Shown here piece after piece: positions 21,731 to 31,716 of a stretch of 64,000 nt of DNA. The translations under genes were made by a program, and so were the position numbers. This DNA comes from an uncultured Rhodospirillaceae bacterium (GTDB taxonomy: Bacteria > Pseudomonadota > Alphaproteobacteria > UBA6615). Where the stretch lies: NCBI GenBank assembly GCA_964530225.1, contig CAZHBA010000057.1, forward strand, positions 553 to 64,552, written 5' to 3'. Below the pieces are notes generated by a model. That model saw only the letters and a list, made by a program, of their open reading frames with translations, was not told the origin of the DNA and made no database searches. Position 1 is the first letter of the stretch, and every line of letters starts with the position of its first letter.

Positions 21731-22947
21731 ACTTAAATTACCTTGAGTTACTTGCCGTGGCGACCACAAGTCTAACCACCGAAACTGAAGGGCTAAAGTT
21801 CCGGTGGTTGTGGACGGATGAACGTTCGCGCGGGGTTATTTTTCAGTTCCTGGTGATCCTCGGTCTGGCGATTTTCATAGCCTTCATCGTGTCGAACACC
21901 ATTACCAATTTACAAAAAGCCGGCCTAGCGTCGGGTTTCGGATTTCTCGACGAACCTGCCTTTTTCGATATCAACCAGCGCATGATTGAGTACACCTCGC
22001 AGTCGACGTTCGGTCGCGCGTTGATCGTCGGATTTTTGAACACCATTCTGGTGTCGGCGCTGGGCATAATCGCAGCAACGCTAATCGGATTCAGCGCCGG
22101 CGTAATGCGGCTGTCGCATAACTGGATTCTCTGCAAGTTGGTGACAACCTATGTCGAATTCACCCGCAACGTACCAGTACTACTGCAAATTATCTTTTGG
22201 TGGGCGATTCTCACCGGTTTGCCGAAAGTTCGCGACAGCCTGTCGTTCGGCAACGCGGTATTTCTCAATAATCGCGGGTTCAGAATGCCGTCACCGGTGC
22301 CCGAAACCGGTTTCGTGTGGGTGTTTGCGGCATTTGTCGCCGGTGTTATCGCGACCGCCATCATCGCCAAATGGGCCCATAAGCGACAGGACAAAACCGG
22401 CCAGACCTTCCCGACCATATGGGTCGGGTTAGCGTTGATCATCGGACTTTCGGTAATCGTCTATTTCATTCTCGGACAACCACTGGCGTGGGACGTGCCC
22501 GAGCGCACGCGGTTTAACTTTCGTGGCGGCATCAACGTTACGCCGGAGTTGATCGCCCTGTGGTTTGCGCTATCGACTTATACCGGCGCGTTTATCTCGG
22601 AAAATGTGCGCGCCGGCATTATGGCGGTCAGCAAAGGGCAAACCGAGGCAGCATTCGCGCTTGGCCTGCGGCGCAATCAGACCATGCGTCTGATCATTAT
22701 TCCACAGGCGCTGCGCGTGATCATTCCGCCGCTGACCAGCCAATACCTCAACCTGACCAAGAATTCGTCGCTGGCCATCGCCATCGGTTATCAGGATCTG
22801 GTGTCGATCGGAGGTACCATCCTCAACCAGAGCGGTCAGGCGCTCGAGGTCGTCGGCATCTGGATGGCGGTCTATCTGGGTCTTAGCCTGCTCACCTCGG
22901 CCTATATGAACTGGTACAATAAACGCATCGCGCTGGTGGAACGATGA
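21727..22947 (+). CDS. aapQ: General L-amino-acid ABC transporter permease.
   Basis: Multi-TM permease carrying the EAA-like loop. The exact start is uncertain. Confidence 0.8.
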   Translation: MYLNYLELLAVATTSLTTETEGLKFRWLWTDERSRGVIFQFLVILGLAIFIAFIVSNTITNLQKAGLASGFGFLDEPAFFDINQRMIEYTSQSTFGRALIVGFLNTILVSALGIIAATLIGFSAGVMRLSHNWILCKLVTTYVEFTRNVPVLLQIIFWWAILTGLPKVRDSLSFGNAVFLNNRGFRMPSPVPETGFVWVFAAFVAGVIATAIIAKWAHKRQDKTGQTFPTIWVGLALIIGLSVIVYFILGQPLAWDVPERTRFNFRGGINVTPELIALWFALSTYTGAFISENVRAGIMAVSKGQTEAAFALGLRRNQTMRLIIIPQALRVIIPPLTSQYLNLTKNSSLAIAIGYQDLVSIGGTILNQSGQALEVVGIWMAVYLGLSLLTSAYMNWYNKRIALVER

Positions 22948-24053
22948 CCGACCAGCCCTTCCATCGCCAACAAGCCGAACTGCTACCGCACCGGTCCGCA
23001 CCGGCGACCACCGTCGGGGTGATTGGGTGGATACGCGCCAACCTGTTCGGCAGTTGGTTCAACAGCCTGGTGACGCTAGTCATCATCTATGTCGTATGGA
23101 TGGTTTTGTCGTCGCTGATCGACTGGGCGTTCATCAGTTCCCACGTTTCGGGCGAAAACCGGTTCGCCTGCACCACAGACGGCGCTTGCTGGGCTTGGCT
23201 CGACCAACGCATCCAGCAGTTCCTCTATGGCTTCTACCCTGCCGGCGAGACCTGGCGGATCAACTTGGCGTTCGTACTGCTGTTTCCGGCACTGGCGCCT
23301 TGGCTGTTCGACAACGTGCCGGGGGCACGTTACCTGCGCTGGTTCTCGATCGCCTATCCGGTGATCGCGACAATCCTGCTGGCCGGCGGCTTAGGCCTGA
23401 CCGTGGTGACCACCGACAAGTTCGGCGGTTTCATGTTGAACCTTACCGTCGGTCTGGCTGGTATCGTGCTGTCGCTGCCGCTCGGCATCGTGCTGGCGCT
23501 GGGCCGGCAATCGCGCCTACCGATTATCCGTATCTTATCGATCATCTTCATCGAAGCGGTGCGCGGCGTGCCTTTGATTACCCTGTTGTTCGTCTCCAAC
23601 ATTATCCTGCCGATCTTCCTGCCGCCCGATATCGCATTGGACAGCGTGATCCGCGTCATCGTCATGGTGACTGCGTTCGCGTCGGCGTATATGGCCGAAG
23701 TCATCCGCGGCGGCCTGCAGGCGATCCCCAAGGGCCAGTACGAGGCTGCCCAGGCGGTGGGGCTAAGTTACTGGAAGATGATGCGGCTGATCATCCTGCC
23801 GCAGGCGCTGAAGATCTCGATCCCTGGTATCGTCAACACCTTCATCGGCCTGTTCAAGGACACCACTTTGGTCATAATCATCGGCCTGTTCGACATCCTC
23901 GGTATCGCCAACGCCATGGTATCGAACCCCGACTGGCTCGGCCTGTCGTCCGAGACCTACGTGGTCGTAGCCCTGTTCTTCTTCACCGTGTGCTTTTCCA
24001 TGTCGCGGTATTCGATCCACCTCGAGCGCAAGCTCGATACAACGAGACGTTGA
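22944..24053 (+). CDS. aapM: General L-amino-acid ABC transporter permease.
   Basis: Second permease; its start overlaps the aapQ stop (ATGA). Confidence 0.8.
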   Translation: MTDQPFHRQQAELLPHRSAPATTVGVIGWIRANLFGSWFNSLVTLVIIYVVWMVLSSLIDWAFISSHVSGENRFACTTDGACWAWLDQRIQQFLYGFYPAGETWRINLAFVLLFPALAPWLFDNVPGARYLRWFSIAYPVIATILLAGGLGLTVVTTDKFGGFMLNLTVGLAGIVLSLPLGIVLALGRQSRLPIIRILSIIFIEAVRGVPLITLLFVSNIILPIFLPPDIALDSVIRVIVMVTAFASAYMAEVIRGGLQAIPKGQYEAAQAVGLSYWKMMRLIILPQALKISIPGIVNTFIGLFKDTTLVIIIGLFDILGIANAMVSNPDWLGLSSETYVVVALFFFTVCFSMSRYSIHLERKLDTTRR

Positions 24054-24065
24054 GGCGAGGCCGAT

Positions 24066-24839
24066 ATGTCAATTGCAGAAACCACTTCAAGCGCCGGCAC
24101 CGGCGAACCAGTAATTGAGATCACCGGTCTAAATAAATGGTTCGGCCCGTTCCACGTGCTGCGCGATATCAACCTGAGCATCGCCCGGCGTGAACGCATC
24201 GTCATTTGCGGCCCCTCGGGCAGCGGTAAATCGACCCTAATCCGCTGCATCAACCGGCTGGAAGAACATCAAGAAGGGCAAATCGTCGTCGACGGCACCG
24301 TGCTGACAAATAACCTTAAGAATATCGACGCCATCCGCCGCGAAGTCGGCATGGTGTTCCAGTCGTTTAACCTGTTTCCTCACCTCACCGTGTTAGAGAA
24401 TTGCACCCTGGCACCGATCTGGGTGCGCAAGACACCAAAAACGGAGGCCGAGAAATTTGCCATGGAACTGCTCGAGCGGGTCAAGATTCCAGAGCAGGCG
24501 GACAAGTATCCCGGCCAGCTATCGGGTGGCCAGCAGCAGCGCGTGGCCATTGCCCGCTCGCTATGCATGCGGCCCAACATAATGCTGTTCGATGAGCCGA
24601 CCTCAGCGCTCGATCCGGAAATGATCAAGGAAGTGCTCGACACCATGGTCGATCTGGCGGAGACCGGCATGACCATGCTGGTAGTCACCCACGAGATGGG
24701 CTTCGCCTCGCAGGTCGCCGACCGGGTGATCTTCATGGACGAGGGGCAGATCGTCGAGCAAAACACGCCGGACGAGTTCTTCAACAACCCGCATTCCGAC
24801 CGCACCAAGCTGTTCCTCAGCCAGATTCTCAGCCACTAA
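24066..24839 (+). CDS. aapP: Amino-acid ABC transporter ATP-binding protein.
   Basis: Walker [10 protein letters not shown], the ABC signature LSGGQQQR and Walker B MLFDE. Confidence 0.9.
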   Translation: MSIAETTSSAGTGEPVIEITGLNKWFGPFHVLRDINLSIARRERIVICGPSGSGKSTLIRCINRLEEHQEGQIVVDGTVLTNNLKNIDAIRREVGMVFQSFNLFPHLTVLENCTLAPIWVRKTPKTEAEKFAMELLERVKIPEQADKYPGQLSGGQQQRVAIARSLCMRPNIMLFDEPTSALDPEMIKEVLDTMVDLAETGMTMLVVTHEMGFASQVADRVIFMDEGQIVEQNTPDEFFNNPHSDRTKLFLSQILSH

Positions 24840-24922
24840 GGCTGGATGATTCTAGCCTTGGTCATAGGTTGGCCGTATCCTACCGCCACGTCAGTGCGCG
24901 CTGCTAGAAGCCTCTGGACTAC

Positions 24923-25066
24923 CCCCTCCCCTCCTTGAGGGGGCTGCGGGACGAACCGTCGTGCTGGTTGCACGACGCAAGTCGGACCGCAGAAAAAATG
25001 CTTCGGCTGGCTTACGCCACGCCATTGGCGTGACGGTCCAGCCTCAGCCCCCTCGCTGGGGGAGGG
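24923..25066. repeat. Structured ~145-bp element bounded by 22-25-bp inverted G/C-rich repeats (MITE/REP-like).
   Basis: cccctcccctccttgagggggctg at 24923-24947 and its near reverse complement cagccccctcgctgggggaggg at 25044-25066. Internal hairpins are present (cgtcgtgc...gcacgacg; cacgcc...ggcgtg). Confidence 0.5.
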
Positions 25067-25080
25067 AATTAGATCGCGGC

Positions 25081-26136
25081 CTAGTCGGTTTGCATCTCGC
25101 TGGCGAGACGCTCACTGAGAACTTCGCTGTAGCCGAACAGCGCCGGCGTGCCACCAGTATGTAGGAACACCACCTTCGATCCGGGCGCGACCGCGCCTTC
25201 CTTCGCCAAATGAACCAGTCCGGCAAGGGCGCGGCCGGAATAAACGGTGTCGAGCAGCAGACCTTCGGTACGCGAGCTCAGCAGCACGACGTCGTAGGTG
25301 GCATCGTTCAAGCGGCCATAGCCCGGCGACAGCACATCATCCATCGTGTGAACGTCTTCGCCAGAGACGACGGCAGATATTCCCAAAAGCTCTTCGACAT
25401 TGCGGCAGTTGGCAGCGATACGCTCAGCTTGCGCTGCGGCGTCGCGGCGCACGCAGATGCCAAACACCGGCGCATTTATACCGAGCGCCCGCAGGCCGAC
25501 CAAGAATCCGCCGTGGGTCATGCCGTTACCCGACGGCACAATGAAGGCGTCGACACTGCCCGGGTCATCTAATTGTTCGACCAGTTCCATGGCACCTTTG
25601 ACGTAGCCCAGCGCACCGGTCGGCGGATTTTCCGGCGCAAGGGGAATGACATAGGGATTGAAGCCCTGGTGCCGATCTTCTTCGGCAATCTCACGCAACC
25701 GGGCGTCCGCACCCGCCTCATCCTCGCCTTCGGGATAGGTGTGAACCGTCGCCCCTAAAAGTTTGTCCAACAACACGTTACCGCCGTTGACATAGCTGTC
25801 GTCGTAGAGCGGCACGCGGTCTTCCAACTGCACATGGCATCTCAGGCCCAGCTTGGCGGCAGCCGCCGCAGCGGCGCGAACATAGTTCGACTGGACGGCA
25901 CCGGTGATCAGAATCGTATCGGCATTCTGCGCCAGAGCCTTGCCCAGATAAAATTCAAGCTGCCGGACCTTGTTGCCACCGAAGGCCAGCCCGGTGGCGT
26001 CGTCTCTTTTTATCTGGAGCTTGAGGCCCAACTCATCTCCCAGCCGTGGCGCCGCCTCCAGGGGGGTTGGGTAATGGCCCAGGGGTGCCAACGGGAAAGC
26101 ATCCAGCAGACCGGAAACCTCGCGGGACGTCATCAT
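25081..26136 (-). CDS. D-cysteine desulfhydrase / ACC deaminase-family PLP-dependent enzyme.
   Basis: PLP-lysine motif GGNKVRQLEF in a tryptophan-synthase-beta-like fold. It is the last gene of a four-gene operon. Confidence 0.8.
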   Translation of the reverse strand: MMTSREVSGLLDAFPLAPLGHYPTPLEAAPRLGDELGLKLQIKRDDATGLAFGGNKVRQLEFYLGKALAQNADTILITGAVQSNYVRAAAAAAAKLGLRCHVQLEDRVPLYDDSYVNGGNVLLDKLLGATVHTYPEGEDEAGADARLREIAEEDRHQGFNPYVIPLAPENPPTGALGYVKGAMELVEQLDDPGSVDAFIVPSGNGMTHGGFLVGLRALGINAPVFGICVRRDAAAQAERIAANCRNVEELLGISAVVSGEDVHTMDDVLSPGYGRLNDATYDVVLLSSRTEGLLLDTVYSGRALAGLVHLAKEGAVAPGSKVVFLHTGGTPALFGYSEVLSERLASEMQTD

Positions 26137-26174
26137 GTCATCGCATCCAAATTACCGTTGATGACCGTGCTGGT

Positions 26175-27335
26175 TTAACCCAACGCGTGTTCTAGTTCGG
26201 CGAGTAGATCGCGTGAGTCCTCGACGCCCACCGACAACCGCACCAGACTATCGCTAATGCCTAGCTCCGCGCGGTTCTCCGGCGGGATCGAGGCGTGGGT
26301 CATGATCGCCGGATGCTCGATCAGGCTCTCCACCCCACCCAGACTCTCGGCTAGGGCGAACAGCCGACAACGCTCGAGGAAAGCGACGCTTTCGTCGAGC
26401 CCCCCTTTGAGGATCGCTGTCACCATGCCGCCATAGCCCTCCATCTGCCGGCTCGCCAGCGCGTGTTGCGGATGGCTTGCGAGGCCAGGATAGATCACCC
26501 GGTCGACCGCCTTGTGACCCTCCAAAAACTCGGCGACCAGTTGCGCGTTCTGCGAATGTTGCGCCATGCGCAGGTGCAGGGTCTTCAGCGCCCTCAGCGA
26601 CAAGAAACTGTCGAACGGGCCGGCGATGCCGCCGACCGCGTTCTGCAAATAGGCCAGCTGTTTGGCGAGATCACCGCGCTCGACGACAACAACGCCGCCG
26701 ACCACGTCGGAGTGGCCGTTCAAGTATTTGGTCGCCGAATGCACCACCACGTCGATGCCGTGGTCAAGCGGGCGCTGGATGTAGGGTGAGGCAAAGGTGT
26801 TGTCGCACACCGAGATCAGCCCGCATTCCTTGGCGACCACGGCGACGGCAGATAAATCGACGATGCGCAGCATGGGATTGGTTGGCGTCTCCACCCAGAT
26901 CATCTTGGTGTTGGGTTTGATCGCCGCGGTGATACGCTCGGGCTTGGTCATGTCGATGAAGGTGAAGTCTAGATTGGACGAGCGTCGGCGCACGTTTTCG
27001 AAGATGCGAAAGGTACCGCCATAGAGGTCGTCCATCGAGATCACATGATCGCCGCTGTCGAGCAACTCCAGCACCGTGCCAATCGCCGCCATGCCCGAGG
27101 CGAAGGCGAAGCCATCGCTGCCGTTTTCCAGATCGGCAACGCATGCCTCATACGCGCCGCGCGTCGGGTTCTGGGTGCGGGCGTATTCGTAGCCCTTGTG
27201 CTTGCCCGGGCTCTCCTGAACGAAGGTCGAGGTGGCGTAAATCGGCGTCATGATGGCACCGGTCGGCGGGTCGGGCTGCTGGCCGGCATGGATGGTCCGC
27301 GTCGCGAACCGAGGCCGGTTAGTCTTGTCGCTCAT
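26175..27335 (-). CDS. Cys/Met-metabolism PLP enzyme of the gamma family (cystathionine gamma-lyase / gamma-synthase / beta-lyase-like).
   Basis: N-terminus TRTIHAGQ... plus the Cys_Met_Meta_PP fold; it ends ...SVGVEDSRDLLAELEHALG, typical of the family. Confidence 0.8.
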   Translation of the reverse strand: MSDKTNRPRFATRTIHAGQQPDPPTGAIMTPIYATSTFVQESPGKHKGYEYARTQNPTRGAYEACVADLENGSDGFAFASGMAAIGTVLELLDSGDHVISMDDLYGGTFRIFENVRRRSSNLDFTFIDMTKPERITAAIKPNTKMIWVETPTNPMLRIVDLSAVAVVAKECGLISVCDNTFASPYIQRPLDHGIDVVVHSATKYLNGHSDVVGGVVVVERGDLAKQLAYLQNAVGGIAGPFDSFLSLRALKTLHLRMAQHSQNAQLVAEFLEGHKAVDRVIYPGLASHPQHALASRQMEGYGGMVTAILKGGLDESVAFLERCRLFALAESLGGVESLIEHPAIMTHASIPPENRAELGISDSLVRLSVGVEDSRDLLAELEHALG

Positions 27336-27365
27336 AACGTCGGGATACTCCACAAACAAAACGCG

Positions 27366-27791
27366 TCAATCGATGATCGCGACTGCGTCGATTTCGATTA
27401 GACAGCGTGGGTCAGTCGCCAACTGCACCACCTGCACCGTCGTCGTCGTCGGCTTGTTGTCACCGAAATATTCGCCCCACACGCGGTTGAGCGAATCCTG
27501 GTCGGACAGATCGGTGCAATAGCGGTTGGCGGTGACGATGTCGGCGAACGTCGCGCCCACCGAGTCGAGACCCTTTTTTATGTTCTCCAAAACCACACGC
27601 GCCTGCCCTTCCATGTCCGGCGGGATGTTGTCGAACTCTTCCGGGATATGCGGGTGGCTGTGATAGACGGGTGTGGCCGTACAACCGGCCAAATAGACGG
27701 TAATGCCGCCAGTCACCTTGATCGCTGGGGCATAGGGCATCCACATGTCCGGCGCATCGGGCCAATGAACGTGTTCGATTTGCTTCGCCAT
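27366..27791 (-). CDS. RidA / YjgF / endoribonuclease L-PSP-family protein.
   Basis: 141 aa with a YjgF-like core. It ends 6 nt upstream of the PLP-enzyme gene. Confidence 0.75.
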   Translation of the reverse strand: MAKQIEHVHWPDAPDMWMPYAPAIKVTGGITVYLAGCTATPVYHSHPHIPEEFDNIPPDMEGQARVVLENIKKGLDSVGATFADIVTANRYCTDLSDQDSLNRVWGEYFGDNKPTTTTVQVVQLATDPRCLIEIDAVAIID

Positions 27792-27880
27792 GGTGTTCTT
27801 CCCTCGAAAAAATTTGCGTAATGGCAGTGTAGCGGGGTTTTCGCCCCCGAAACAGCAGCAGCCCTATGTTGAAACGAACA

Positions 27881-28918
27881 TCAGGCGTCGTAAGGCGCGT
27901 GGTGCCCCTGCCCCAACGGGTCGCGGTAAGCATCGTCGCCGCTGAGTAACCCGCGCACCAGAAGGTCCCTAAAGGACTCGATGGTTTGCGCGACGCCAGT
28001 CGACAGGTCAACTCGCGGCCAGTCGCCAACGAGGCCGCGCAATTCGCTATCGTCGAGACCGCTGACGAAGGGCAGTGGGTCGCCGTCTATACGCACTTGC
28101 GCATCCGGCATCGTTTGCTGGATCATCGCGACCACCTCACCGATCGTCGTATCGGCGCCGCACAGATCACATACATGGGCACCCTCCACGTCAGCCCGCG
28201 CCGCGCGGATGCAGGCGTCGGCGACTTCGACCGTGTGCTGCAGCATGATCGGCCCGTCAAAGGGGATGGCGAAGCGCTGCCCTGCGGCAGCGGCCAGCAT
28301 CGCCTTGGTCGGTGCCGCGGTGACGCCCTGGTCGCGCCCGGGGCCGTAGACCGTGTGGGGCCGAATACCGATGCTCGGTACCTGCCAGGTTTTCCAATAA
28401 ACGTCTGCTATCGCTTCGTCGGCCATCTTGAACGCACCGTAGAGGGTGCTGGGCCAGGCTTCGCCGTCGGACGGCAGCGCCGCGACCGAACTGGCGTAAG
28501 CGAAGCCGCGTATACCCAGCGCGCGCGCCGCTTCGAAGACATTGACCTGGCCGACCACGTTGACCTGTGCACCCCGCACGGGATCGGCATTGCAGAACGG
28601 CACTTGCAGCGCCGCCAGATGAACGATCGCCGATATGTTGTGCTCGACCATGACGTCTTTCAGCAGGTCCGGCTCGCGAATATCACCGGCCACCCACGTG
28701 ACCGCGTCGGCCGTCGCCGGTTCCATCATCAGGTGCAGACGCCGCCGGTCCTCGGCGATATCGAACACCACCGGCATATCACCATCGCGCACCAGATTGG
28801 CAACCACCTGAGCGCCGATACAGCCGGCCGCACCAATCACTAGAATCGGTCCCTCGGATGTGGTTATTTTTGCCTCCCTAGTCAGATCGCTAACAGGTGA
28901 ATAATCGCCTGAACACAA
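27881..28918 (-). CDS. NAD-dependent epimerase/dehydratase (extended SDR).
   Basis: Rossmann motif VIGAAGCIGAQV and a YxxxK-type fold. It is the first gene of the operon. Confidence 0.75.
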   Translation of the reverse strand: MCSGDYSPVSDLTREAKITTSEGPILVIGAAGCIGAQVVANLVRDGDMPVVFDIAEDRRRLHLMMEPATADAVTWVAGDIREPDLLKDVMVEHNISAIVHLAALQVPFCNADPVRGAQVNVVGQVNVFEAARALGIRGFAYASSVAALPSDGEAWPSTLYGAFKMADEAIADVYWKTWQVPSIGIRPHTVYGPGRDQGVTAAPTKAMLAAAAGQRFAIPFDGPIMLQHTVEVADACIRAARADVEGAHVCDLCGADTTIGEVVAMIQQTMPDAQVRIDGDPLPFVSGLDDSELRGLVGDWPRVDLSTGVAQTIESFRDLLVRGLLSGDDAYRDPLGQGHHAPYDA

Positions 28919-29048
28919 CAGGTTACCGCTAACTTAAACAATTTGTTTACCCTATTCGTGTTCCAGTCGCGCTTAAATTTCGGCGAACATAAATGCGTCA
29001 TCTCCAACGCAGTTAACGGGCGAAAGACCACCCCCTAACGACCGACCG

Positions 29049-29671
29049 ATGATCAGCCGATTACACCAGAGTACCTCAGACAGCTTCCTCAGCGGTGACT
29101 ACCGCAAGACAGTCGCCAGTTTGGATGACTTGTTAGCGCTTGTTAAGGCCCGTGAAGTTGCACCGCAACAGATCACGCAGCCGCTTTGGACTATTCCGCA
29201 AAACGCCGAACGTGTTCACGACGCAAAAGTTAGGCAAACCACCAATAATAAAGGCACCTTGCACCACCATACACTCGTTGTGCGCATGGGCGGGGAAGTG
29301 GTCAACGAACTGGCTAAGGGTGAAAGTGAATTCTCGGCAGAGCTAATCTGTTTATCGACTGAAATTCACTACCTTATGCGCAACCTCGACAAGGCTATTG
29401 CAGTCCTCAAGGAGAACGAAGAGAAAATCGTTCGGTGCAGCTGCTTGCCGCCTGCTACATGCTAAACAACCAACCTAACGAGGCCAGCCAGAAAATCTAT
29501 TACCGGCCGTCGTTTGAAATTGCCAAGTGGTTGGTACCTCATATGACCGTCGAATCGATGAAAGATTACCATTTCGGCGCTGAAGACCTGTATTTGCGCC
29601 ATGTCTCCGACCACGTCGTCGAGATAATTTTCCACCTCTTCACTGAATTCGCCTCTGGCGAAGGAGCTTAG
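29049..29671 (+). CDS. Hypothetical protein encoded across two frames (138 aa and 78 aa pieces overlapping at 29435-29465) in a low-GC islet.
   Basis: GC is about 45-50% against ~60% in flanking DNA. The two ORFs overlap by 31 nt in different frames, so this is either a frameshifted gene or two small genes. No homology is recognised. Confidence 0.35.
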
Positions 29672-29734
29672 GCTCTGCGGGCCATTACCCGAGCCGATTG
29701 ACATGCCCGGCCAAGGCGGTTAAATCTCCTCTAT

Positions 29735-29795
29735 CGCGCCGATTTGAGTGGCCAGCTTGCGGGCGCGTAATAAATGCAGCTAAATGGGCGATTTG
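29735..29795 (+). promoter_or_regulatory. Candidate SAM-responsive leader (SAM-II-like) upstream of metZ.
   Basis: CGATTTGA...CCAGCTTGC...GCAGCTAAA arrangement, repeated once more at 29790-29815. A stem (ccgcc...ggcgg) plus T7 at 29809-29838 follows. metZ and metA leaders in alphaproteobacteria commonly carry SAM-II. This is pattern recall only. Confidence 0.3.
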
Positions 29796-29995
29796 AACTC
29801 CGCCCAGCTTGGCTACGGCGGTTTTTTTGTTGTTTTAGAGAGTGTTAAGTAATTCCGGACCGATCCCCCGACGGCAGCGCCGCAAACTGGATCCGCGGTA
29901 ATTTGATGGGCAGCTTGCGTCCGCGTCACCAATAGCTAAAGCGCCGTGGGACAAACGTTCCGCGGGCCCGAACAACGGCCTCGGAACCGATTTGT

Positions 29996-31184
29996 AATGA
30001 CCAAAGATACCCCTAAATTCCGTCAGGAAACCGCCCTTGTGCGCGGTGGCCTAGAGCGCTCGCCTTTCCGCGAGACCAGCGAGGCGCTGTTCCTCAATTC
30101 CGGCTACGTGTTCGACAACGCCGCGCAGGCGGAAGCCGCCTTCAAGGGCGAGAACGACAACTACATCTACTCGCGCTACGGCAACCCCACGGTCAACATG
30201 TTCCAGGAACGCCTGGCCGCGCTCGAAGGCGCCGAGGCGTGCTATGGCACCGCGACCGGCATGGCGGCAGTGTTCGCCTCACTGGCCTGCCAGCTTAACA
30301 CCGGCGACCGGGTGGTGTCCTCGCGCGCGGTGTTCGGCTCGTGCCACATCATCGTCGATCAGATCCTGCCACGCTGGGGCATCGAGACGGCATTCGTCGA
30401 CGGCACCAACCTGGACGAATGGGAAGCCGCCCTGTCGCAGCCAACCAACGTGGTGTTCCTGGAAAGCCCGTCGAACCCCATGCTCGACCTGGTCGATATC
30501 GCCGCAGTCAGTGACATGGCGCACGCCGCCGGCGCCTGCGTCATCGTCGATAACGTGTTCGCCACGCCGCTCTACCAGCGCCCGTTCGAGCTGGGCGCCG
30601 ATATCGTCGTCTACTCCGCCACCAAGCATATCGACGGCCAGGGCCGTTGCCTCGCCGGCGCAGTGCTGGCCAGTGCCGAATTCATGACCGAGAAGTTCAT
30701 GCCGTTCTACCGGCACACCGGCCCGTCACTCAGCCCGTTCAACGCCTGGGTCATACTCAAGGCGCTGGAGACCCTATCGGTGCGGGTTGAACGCCAGTCG
30801 GACGCCTCGCTCGACCTGGCGCGCTTTCTGCTAGAGCAACCGAAAATCAAGCAGATCTGCCATCCGGGGTTGGATAGCCATCCCCAGGCCGAGCTGGCAC
30901 AGCGGCAGATGTCGGGTTTTGGCAATCTGGTGACCTTCGAAGTAGACGGTGGCAAGGACGCGGCGTTCCGGCTGACCGATGCGCTGTCGATCATCGATAT
31001 CTCGAACAATCTAGGCGACACCAAGAGCCTGGTCTGCCATCCGGCGACGACCACCCATTCGCGGCTATCGGAAGAGGAGCGCGCCCAGCTTGGCATCTCG
31101 CCCGGCGTGCTGCGCGTTTCGGTGGGTCTGGAACATATCGACGACCTGAAGGAAGACCTGGAACGCGCCCTCGCCGCGGTTTGA
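29996..31184 (+). CDS. metZ: O-succinylhomoserine sulfhydrylase.
   Basis: Gamma-family PLP enzyme with the typical MetZ N-terminus (MTKDTPKFRQETALVRGG) and ~395 aa length. Confidence 0.85.
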
Positions 31185-31350
31185 GGTGCGGCTTTGCCCG
31201 TCCCGCCGATCCGCCTATATAGTTTATTGCACCGTGCAGGAGAAAACCGCTATGAGCTCGGCTTGAGTCCCAGGAAGTGGACACCGGCTCCATCGAGGCC
31301 AATCTGGTCTACGCCGTCGATACTGGCGCGAAACCGCGATCAACGAGACC

Positions 31351-31680
31351 ATGGCCGATGGTGACATGTCGCGCCGCGTCACCGGCACCTATCAGAGCTA
31401 CACTATGGTCATCCGCGACGGGCGGCCGCTACGCAACAAATTTTCGCTTGAGAAGACCGCCTTCGAGTTCATCGACCCCGACACCGCGGTCACCGACTTT
31501 TTCGACACCGACCAGCTAATGTCGGTCTATTACCCGCAAATCGAGACATTGATTAAGGAGCGTACCGGCGCAGCGCTGGCGGTGACCATGGACAACCCGT
31601 TCATCGCAGAGCGCGTGGTCGGGTCTCGCCACCAGGCCGAGCAGGTGGCGGTCGACGAAAGTCGAAAAACGACGAACTAA
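31351..31680 (+). CDS. Small hypothetical protein.
   Basis: 109-aa ORF. An upstream overlapping ORF at 31277 in another frame suggests a possible frameshift. No homology is recognised. Confidence 0.3.
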   Translation: MADGDMSRRVTGTYQSYTMVIRDGRPLRNKFSLEKTAFEFIDPDTAVTDFFDTDQLMSVYYPQIETLIKERTGAALAVTMDNPFIAERVVGSRHQAEQVAVDESRKTTN

Positions 31681-31716
31681 TTGAATAAGATCGGTAGGCG
31701 CAGCTGGGTCGGCGCG

